From Octopus vulgaris (taxonomy: Eukaryota): a DNA stretch of 64,000 nt. Positions 55,274-64,000 of the stretch are shown piece after piece. How positions within the stretch are numbered: position 1 is the first letter of the stretch; every line of letters begins with the position of its first letter. The notes beneath the pieces were generated by a model that worked only from the letters and a program-made list of their open reading frames with translations, searched no databases and had not been told where the DNA came from. A program made the position numbers and the translations under genes. The stretch lies in contig OX597818.1 in NCBI GenBank assembly GCA_951406725.2, positions 1,302,001-1,366,000 of the forward strand. Reading direction: 5' to 3'.

Positions 55274-56510
55274 ACACATCAGGTATGATCCGATTGTCAG
55301 CAGCACTGAGAGAACAAGCTATCGGCCGAATGCAAGCAGGGTTGCGTGCTGTGGTTGTTGCAAAATCTTACAATGTCCATGTCAGCACTATCTATCGCCT
55401 GCAACAACGATACAATACCAACAGCACTGCGGACCGTGCCCGCAGAGAATGCCCCTGGGTAACCACGCCCAGACAGGACCGCTTCATCCACCTGCAACAT
55501 CTCCGTGATCGCCTCAGACCTGCCAGCGTGACAGCTCGGAAAACCATTGGCACTTAACAGCAACTCATCAGCGACTACACGGTACGACGTCGACTGCCCG
55601 CCAACAACCTGCGTTGCCGTCATCCTGCTCGAGGGCTTGTACTCACTGCCCTTTACCGTCAGGCACAACTACAGTGGGTTGCACAGTACCGACATTGGCA
55701 GCATCGACAATGGAGGTCGATAGTTTTCTCTGACGAGAGCCGATATTGTGTTTCCATTTCGGATGATAGAGTGAGGGTGAGGCATAGGAAGGTTTAAAAT
55801 ACAGAGACGCATGTATCATGAAGAGAGAAGCATGGGGTGGCTAAAGCATCATGATTTGGGGTGCTATAGGCCTGGATAAGAGAATTCGGTCCCATGTGTT
55901 CCAAAATGTTGGTGCAAGCAGAGGTAATGGCATCACAGAGCAGTGCTACGTTGACCAGATCCTAAGACCTCACATTGTGTCCTTCTTCGCGAGTCACGAT
56001 AGCCACTTGTTCTAGCGGAACAATGCTCCATCCTACATGGCCAGGATCACCATGGACTTTCTGCGTCAGCACAACATCAGGACCATACCGTGGTCGACTC
56101 TCAGCCCGGATTTGAATCCAATTGAACATGTGTGAGATGAAATCCAGAAACGGCTGAACCTGGGAGTGCCACGGCCGACAACTCGTGTGGAACTGGAGGC
56201 AGCTTTCCTCAGGGTGTGACCGCAGGTGCCAATAGCTTTTGTGAATCGCTTTATACACTCTATATAACGACGGTGTACGGCCGTTTTGAACACCCAGGAA
56301 GGGCATAGACGCTATTGAACATGTCACACCCTGCAATCTTGTTTTGCTAGTTCTGCCCACTGCCAGAACACATGAAACGACCCATTGACTGTGGTCAAAG
56401 TGCATCCAAGAAATTGACTTTATCAGATTTATCAAAATCTATCTCTGACATAAAGTAAAACATATTTCACAGTCACACACGTCACGCGATTTTTTTGCGG
56501 TTCAGAGTAT
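55274..56510 (+). mobile_element. Tc1-like transposon with pseudogenised DD34E transposase
   Basis: Paired-like HTH, FSDES, IMIWGAIG and SPDLNPIEHV motifs with stops and frameshifts. No matching left TIR was found. Confidence 0.88.
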
Positions 56511-57414
56511 TTGTTAGTATCCATTTTCTAATAAGTATTCTACTGTAATATATGTTAATACATATCTTCCAACATATATTCTTACAGTAATATTTGTTAG
56601 AACATATCTTATACTTTTATATCTTCTGTTTCATATGTTAGTGCATTCTACTATTATGTCTTCTACAGTTACATCAATGGGTACACATATTATATAAATC
56701 CTGCGATTTTATCTGTTAATATATGTTTACTATTATACCTTTTGCACATAAGGCGGCGAGCTAGCAGAATCGTTAGCGTGTGGGACAAAATCCTCAGCAA
56801 TATCCATGAGCCACCGAGGTCGACTTTTCATTGTTCCGAAGTCGATAAAATTAATATCAGTTAAGAGTTCGAGAAATCGAATAACCCACGCCTAAATAAA
56901 AAAAAAGGGATCAGACGTTGAACCTACAGCTGATAGACTTATCATTATCTAGGCAGAGAGCTGGCAGAATATTTAGTATCTCGAACAAAATAAGCCCCAT
57001 ATCTTCTAGCTTTACTTTTGGAGTTTACATTTCACCGGGGAGGATTTTGCTTTTTATAAATTAGTGCCCTTCAAGTACTAGGGTAGATGTTAAATTGCTG
57101 TCGTTGTGTCAAAATTGGAAACCATTATATCTTCTACAGAAACACTAGTATTGGCCTTCTAGTACGTATTCTCATGTAATATCTTCCAACAGTTTTGTTA
57201 TTATATGCTTCCGATTATAACTAATTTTATATTTCTCTATATCTCTTTTAGTTCATGTCTTCTGTAATACATTCTTGGGGAATATAATTCTCCATATATG
57301 TGTTTCTACCAATACCCTATTGTATATTCTTCTGTATCATCTCTTCATGTATGTCATTGCACACGACTTCTACTGCAATATCTCTATATCTCTGCTAGTA
57401 CATGCCTGCTATTA

Positions 57415-57872
57415 TATTGGGATGGCAACTAAGTTCCCGCTCATTTTTTAAATTTAAATTTTTAAAAGGTTTAATAAAAAATAACAACTAATTAAACAAT
57501 AATGTATTCACCCTTGTTTACAACTTCTTCCCAACATTCAACAAGATTTTCAATACCTCGTTGGTAGAAATCACTCGACTTCTACTCGAAAAATTGACCC
57601 AACCCAGCCCTCAATTCTGCATCAGTATTAAAAGAAACTAGGCGCATAGCATTTGAAAGAGATCGAAAGAGGTGGAAATCCGTTGGTGCCAAATCAGGAG
57701 AGTACGGTGGGTGTGGCAGCACTTTCCAGCCATGCGTTTGAATGGCTTCTTTGGTCATATTGGCGATATGATTGCGGGCGTTGCCGTGAAGCAGAAGAAT
57801 TCCATGCTGCCGATTAGGTCTTTTCTCTTGAAAAGCTGTGTTGAGCCGTTACATCTGTTGAACATAGAGTTC
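57415..57872 (-). mobile_element. Mariner 3' fragment
   Basis: Minus frame gives HPPYSPDLAPTDFHLFRSL..FYQRGIENL. Confidence 0.85.
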
Positions 57873-57884
57873 CATGTATACATA

Positions 57885-58046
57885 TAGACGACGAGCTTCT
57901 TTCAGTTTCCGTCTACCAAATCCACTCACAAGGCTTTGGTCGGCCCGAGGCTATAGTAGAAGGCACTTGCCCAAGGCGTCGCGCAGTGGGAATGAACCCG
58001 GAACCGTGTGGTTGGTAAGCAGGCTACTTACCACACATCCACTCCT
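57885..58046 (-). mobile_element. SINE head fragment
   Basis: Reverse complement of the 42564/44579 SINE head. Confidence 0.8.
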
Positions 58047-58067
58047 AAATATATATATAAATGTATG

Positions 58068-58111
<44 letters not shown>

Positions 58112-58403
58112 TACAAAAAATTCAGGGTGAATACTTGATAACTGTAAGCCCCTGTATATGCCAGTGTAGTAGGTGATAGGGTATGTTTATCAAAAGAAAA
58201 ACAGGATGCAAAGGATTTAGCGGTACATATGTTTCTGGCTTTATTGGACAGTTTATATCAATGCATAATTGATGTAACATGTATGTCAATAGCCTTCTTC
58301 ATCCGCGCACAATTACCACACCAAAGACATGTATTACATTATAGCAGGTTTGAGAGGTTTGGGAAAAATACGGGTTTCGTTGGGGATGCAAATCCTCATA
58401 GTC

Positions 58404-58470
<67 letters not shown>

Positions 58471-58613
58471 TTATATAGAGGGCATTATACATACATGCTA
58501 GAAGGCATAATACATACATGCCAAACGCTAAGAGGGACAATTAGTCATTTCTACCAAAAATATTACTAATCCCACCGAATGCAATTTTTCAAAGTAAGAC
58601 ATTTAAAAAATAT

Positions 58614-58661
58614 AGACCTGTATCACAGTGATTTCATACTTACGTACTCATCAGCAGGCCT
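58614..58661 (-). ncRNA. Type I hammerhead ribozyme, canonical core
   Basis: Reverse complement of the 59903 motif. Confidence 0.88.
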
Positions 58662-59093
58662 GAATGCATTATAAATAAACAACGACCCTGCCCCGCTTAA
58701 GTCGATCAGCTAACTGTTCAACATCAACGAAGCACATGGGTGAGTTTACATATATTACATCCGGTCAAATGGCAAACTTTTACGAATTGCATTTCGGGAG
58801 AGGAAAAGTTTTTTCGGAATAAAAATTTAGCAATTAAGGACAACTACTTAATAAGGAAAACTTAACAAGAAATTGTCAGGTAGATAGCGTAAAAACCTCA
58901 TAAGAGAAAAAATTTCGAAAATAATTATTTCTTATTGAACATATTAATTTATATATAGAGGGCATTATACATACATGCTAGAAGGCATAATACATACATG
59001 CCAAACGCTAAGAGGGACAATTAGTCATTTCTACCAAAAATATTACTAATCCCACCGAATGCAATTTTTCAAAGTAAGACATTTAAAAAATAT

Positions 59094-59141
59094 AGACCTG
59101 TATCACAGTGATTTCATACTTACGTACTCATCAGCAGGCCT
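59094..59141 (-). ncRNA. Type I hammerhead ribozyme, canonical core
   Basis: Identical copy, 480 bp further. Confidence 0.88.
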
Positions 59142-59573
59142 GAATGCATTCTAAATAAACAACGACCCTGCCCCGCTTAAGTCGATCAGCTAACTGTTCA
59201 ACATCAACGAAGCACATGGGTGAGTTTACATATATTACATCCGGTCAAATGGCAAACTTTTACGAATTGCATTTCGGGAGAGGAAAAGTTTTTTCGGAAT
59301 AAAAATTTAGCAATTAAGGACAACTACTTAATAAGGAAAACTTAACAAGAAATTGTCAGGTAGATAGCGTAAAAACCTCATAAGAGAAAAAATTTCGAAA
59401 ATAATTATTTCTTATTGAACATATTAATTTATATATAGAGGGCATTATACATACATGCTAGAAGGCATAATACATACATGCCAAACGCTAAGAGGGACAA
59501 TTAGTCATTTCTACCAAAAATATTACTAATCCCACCGAATGCAATTTTTCAAAGTAAGACATTTAAAAAATAT

Positions 59574-59621
59574 AGACCTGTATCACAGTGATTTCATACT
59601 TACGTACTCATCAGCAGGCCT
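59574..59621 (-). ncRNA. Type I hammerhead ribozyme, canonical core
   Basis: Identical copy, 960 bp further. Confidence 0.88.
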
Positions 59622-59902
59622 GAATGCATTCTAAATAAACAACGACCCTGCCCCGCTTAAGTCGATCAGCTAACTGTTCAACATCAACGAAGCACATGGG
59701 TGAGTTTACATATATTACATCCGGTCAAATGGCAAACTTTTACGAATTGCATTTCGGGAGAGGGAAAAGTTTTTTCGGAATTCCGAAAAAACTTTTTGAC
59801 CGGATGTAATATATGTAAACTCACCCATGTGCTTCGTTGATGTTGAACAGTTAGCTGATCGACTTAAGCGGGGCAGGGTCGATGTTTATTTAGAATGCAT
59901 TC

Positions 59903-59950
59903 AGGCCTGCTGATGAGTACGTAAGTATGAAATCACTGTGATACAGGTCT
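59903..59950 (+). ncRNA. Type I hammerhead ribozyme, canonical core
   Basis: aggcctg-CTGATGA-gtac gtaa gtat-GAAA-tcactgtga-TA-caggtct. Confidence 0.9.
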
Positions 59951-60382
59951 ATATTTTTTAAATGTCTTACTTTGAAAAATTGCATTCGGTGGGATTAGTA
60001 ATATTTTTGGTAGAAATGACTAATTGTCCCTCTTAGCGTTTGGCATGTATGTATTATGCCTTCTAGCATGTATGTATAATGCCCTCTATATATAAATTAA
60101 TATGTTCAATAAGAAATAATTATTTTCGAAATTTTTTCTCTTATGAGGTTTTTACGCTATCTACCTGACAATTTCTTGTTAAGTTTTCCTTATTAAGTAG
60201 TTGTCCTTAATTGCTAAATTTTTATTCCGAAAAAACTTTTCCTCTCCCGAAATGCAATTCGTAAAAGTTTGCCATTTGACCGGATGTAATATATGTAAAC
60301 TCACCCATGTGCTTCGTTGATGTTGAACAGTTAGCTGATCGACTTAAGCGGGGCAGGGTCGTTGTTTATTTAGAATGCATTC

Positions 60383-60430
60383 AGGCCTGCTGATGAGTAC
60401 GTAAGTATGAAATCACTGTGATACAGGTCT
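60383..60430 (+). ncRNA. Type I hammerhead ribozyme, canonical core
   Basis: Identical copy, 480 bp further. Confidence 0.9.
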
Positions 60431-60697
60431 ATATTTTTTAAATGTCTTACTTTGAAAAATTGCATTCGGTGGGATTAGTAATATTTTTGGTAGAAATGAC
60501 TAATTGTCCCTCTTAGCGTTTGGCATGTATGTATTATGCCTTCTAGCATGTATGTATAATGCCCTCTATATATAAATTAATATGTTCAATAAGAAATAAT
60601 TATTTTCGAAATTTTTTCTCTTATGAGGTTTTTACGCTATCTACCTGACAATTTCTTGTTAAGTTTTCCTTATTAAGTAGTTGTCCTTAATTGCTAA

Positions 60698-60800
<103 letters not shown>

Positions 60801-61845
60801 AATTGAGATAGGGAGTGTAAATGCTAGTGAAGTACCCAACAAAGTTAATACATAAATGTTAATGATTGCGATGCAATCAATTCATTTACTGTATTATATG
60901 GGCAAAGGTAAAATGATTTACCACAAATTACTAATACTTGGATGTGCATATATGTATATGCGAATATTCATTCACGAGTGGATATAAATATAGGTTTTAT
61001 TTGTACGTATGAGTGCGCAGATATATATTTAAATATATATATATGTGTGTGCGAAAGTTCCCTGACACAGTATCGGAAAGTGTATTAATATTTATGCGTA
61101 TATGCGGATGTGCGTGTGAGTGTGTGTGTTAGTGTTAGAAACTACTGCCTGTACTGATATGTCTATAAGCCATGCGATGACAGACATGCACTCTGTAACT
61201 TATTGAATGTGTAGAGATGTGTCGGGGTGTGTTCATGTGTGTGTACATGTGTGTGTGAGTTTCTGTGTGGATGTGTGAGTTTAGGGTTAGATGTGGATGT
61301 GTATGTTTTGCTTGTGCGGTGTGGTGGAGGTCGGGCGGTTCTCAGTTGACCAACCGTGAGGAAGATAATGATGATTTTAAATTCAAATCCAATAGTGTAT
61401 TTATGTCATAAGGAAAATTATTAACTGGAACCCGGACTTACATATATACCGCTCTGGATCCTAATGTAAGTGTTATTAATAATATTATGAATGATAATAA
61501 TGATAACATTAATGGTATTGACAACGATAATGATGCTAACTTTAAGGACACTTTAGAAATTATTATGAAGTAATATAATGTACTATTGACCATGTAATTT
61601 GCATCTAAGTACTAATTTGTGTATGTTTATTATCACAATATTAAGTCGAAAAACTGAGACATTGAGTGTAGAACACATATATATGTTTACTAATTTATAT
61701 TATTTATTTATATCATTATGTAAATGTATATTTTTATATGTATAAGAGTGTGAGTATATGCACTCATATGTATATGTATATGTTGTATTGTGGGTATGCA
61801 CCCACACCCATGTGGGTATATATGTAGACTGAGTTATAATACATA

Positions 61846-61972
61846 ATCTCCGAAGAGGCCTTATGATATTTTTGTAAATGTCTCATTTATATCTATATAT
61901 TGACCAACCATAAAGGGCTAATATTGGTAAAATGAGACATACTTATCTACATGGCCGAAACAGCTGTAAGAT
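61846..61972 (+). ncRNA. Type I hammerhead with ~100-nt helix II (U4C variant)
   Basis: atct-CCGAAGA-ggcc..atgtctcattt..aaatgagacat..ggcc-GAAA-cagctg-TA-agat. Confidence 0.7.
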
Positions 61973-62215
61973 GTAATCTATACTTATATTTATATTTACT
62001 TATATTTATATTCTCTTTTATATATATTCTACTTATTATACAACATTACTCTTTTATGTACACTTTTCTATGTACATTCCCTTATGTACACTGATTTGTT
62101 CTGCTTTTTATATTTAACCCTACAGTCTCTTATGTGGTGGTTTAATAAAATATGTGATTGAGTATTATCTGGTAATTGATATTTGATTTAGATGTATTTC
62201 TCCATTTTCTTATCT

Positions 62216-62279
<64 letters not shown>

Positions 62280-62281
<2 letters not shown>

Positions 62282-63192
62282 ATCAAATGCAAAAAACAAG
62301 ACAAATCTCTAAAGAGACTACTAACAAATGCGAAGCTTTACAAGACAACCACGAAACCAACGGTTGAAAAATGTGGACGCCCAAAGTGTGGAACCTGCCC
62401 CAACCTGCTTGAAGGCTCGGATTTCCTTTTCAAACAAGGACAGAGGTTCACAATTAAAACTAGTTTCACCTGTGCCTCTGAGAACCTGATTTATGTAATA
62501 ACCTGCTCGGGTTGCGGACACCAGTACATTGGTTGGACAAACGAGTATGACCTTGAGAAAGAGAACCACTCTACATAAGGAGCAAATCCGTTTCCCACAA
62601 TACATACAAATTCCTCTCAGGGAACATATAGAAAAATGTGCAGGTAACATCAAACCAAATTTCACAGTCTTCCCTTTCTACCAGTGCAAAGACGCAATCT
62701 CTCAACTAGAACGTTTAAATAAACTTTTTTCATTGAAAAATACAAAACACGTCTTAATATGCACGCATAACCAACTTTTATATTTTTACATATTTCAATT
62801 CACGATCACATTACAGTACATAAATCCCCTACTAAACAAGGTTTATGTTCTGTACACATATATAATCCCCACCCATTACCGAAAGCTGAACAGTTATCTC
62901 CCTTACCCACAACAATAACAATAATAACGACAACCAATTACCTCCCTTTATGTATTTACTTGTGAAGTCATTCACTCTTGAATTTCATCACACACGACAT
63001 AGACCAAATTTCTTCTTAAGAAAAAATATATATTCAAGTAAGTAAAACATAATATCATGAATAGCGATAGCGAAACCGGTCGATATATTAAAAATTATAT
63101 TAAAACTATGTAAGTGTGCGTATTTTCCTTTTTTAATTTCTTATATACATTACAACTCACCACGTGGGGATAATCGAAATTCTTCTTTTCTG

Positions 63193-63193
<1 letters not shown>
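62280..63193 (+). mobile_element. 5'-truncated Penelope-like element between (TA)n tracts
   Basis: KCGRPKCGTC and NLIYVITCSGCGHQYIG motifs, same family as 682-1557. Confidence 0.9.
63052..63086 (+). ncRNA. Minimal hammerhead, A3-U8 variant
   Basis: atatc-ATGAATA-gc gata gc-GAAA-ccgg-TC-gatat. Confidence 0.7.
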
Positions 63194-63243
<50 letters not shown>

Positions 63244-63503
63244 CATATATAGTTTTAACTTATTCTCTAGCAATTTTATCCATACACTTATAATTTTGCA
63301 AGTCCTGTATATAATCATCACAACTACGATCAAGTCTCTATGTAGACATTCCACTTACAAGAAATAGTAGCGAAATCTTCCACAGATCAAAATCTACCAG
63401 TAAGAAACTGTAGATTTTTTCTATCCAAAATGGTTTCTCAACCCGATATTTACATATTTATAACTTTATATGTTCTTCGAGATACACTGTTCAAACACAC
63501 ACA

Positions 63504-63589
<86 letters not shown>

Positions 63590-64000
63590 CACAATGATAA
63601 AACAAATTGCGAACATGGTCATCAATTAAAACCTGATTCTTTGTTTTGTTTGTATTTTGTTGATTAAAATACCCTTATTTGTCTTAATTCTATATTTCCT
63701 TTGTAATGCAATACAAATTAGAATTTTCATATTATTTTAGGGAACATGTAAAATGGTTTAGAGTTGCAATTAATGAATGCAGCCCCTACGCGTAAAAGTT
63801 CATTGGTATCATGAATGTTACTTAAAGCTACATCTGGTGGCTAGAGCTGAGGAAAAACTATGCCGGAATTTATGGGTGGTCCTCGTTCTAAAGTGACCTG
63901 ATCCTCCCTGGGAGGTTTTCTCTCATGTTAAGAGGTTTTATATATTTTAGTATAGAGAATGAGATAGATAGATATACAAACATACATACATATATATATA

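Noticed and set aside
58365-58408. Minus-strand ctatga-ggat ttgc atcc..gaaacccg as a hammerhead
   Set aside because: The core is incomplete and helices I and III are not convincing

Overview
This is AT-rich, microsatellite-rich eukaryotic DNA made almost entirely of transposable elements. The SINE and repeat style suggest a cephalopod such as Octopus (inference). I found no host gene I can support. Contents: one near-intact CR1-group LINE (ORF1 with Myb/trihelix-like and CCCH domains; ORF2 with APE+RT), decayed CR1, Tx1-like and R4/Dong-like LINEs nested in (ATT/ATC)n tracts, several Penelope-like (GIY-YIG) fragments in (TA)n tracts, mariner/Tc1 remnants, a non-autonomous Helitron, MITEs and tRNA-derived SINEs. 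Two hidden systems stand out. (1) About 13 type I hammerhead-ribozyme motifs from several families. They include a ~2.2 kb palindrome built from 480-bp retrozyme-like tandem units and a 600-bp hammerhead palindrome, both head-to-head with 3' ends facing (TA)n, and cores that covary at the 3-8 tertiary pair (C-G, U-A, A-U). (2) A family of ORF1-only 'half-LINE' elements, two of them bounded by target-site duplications (TSDs), with a shared 3' hairpin. All structures were paired by eye and coordinates of decayed elements are approximate.
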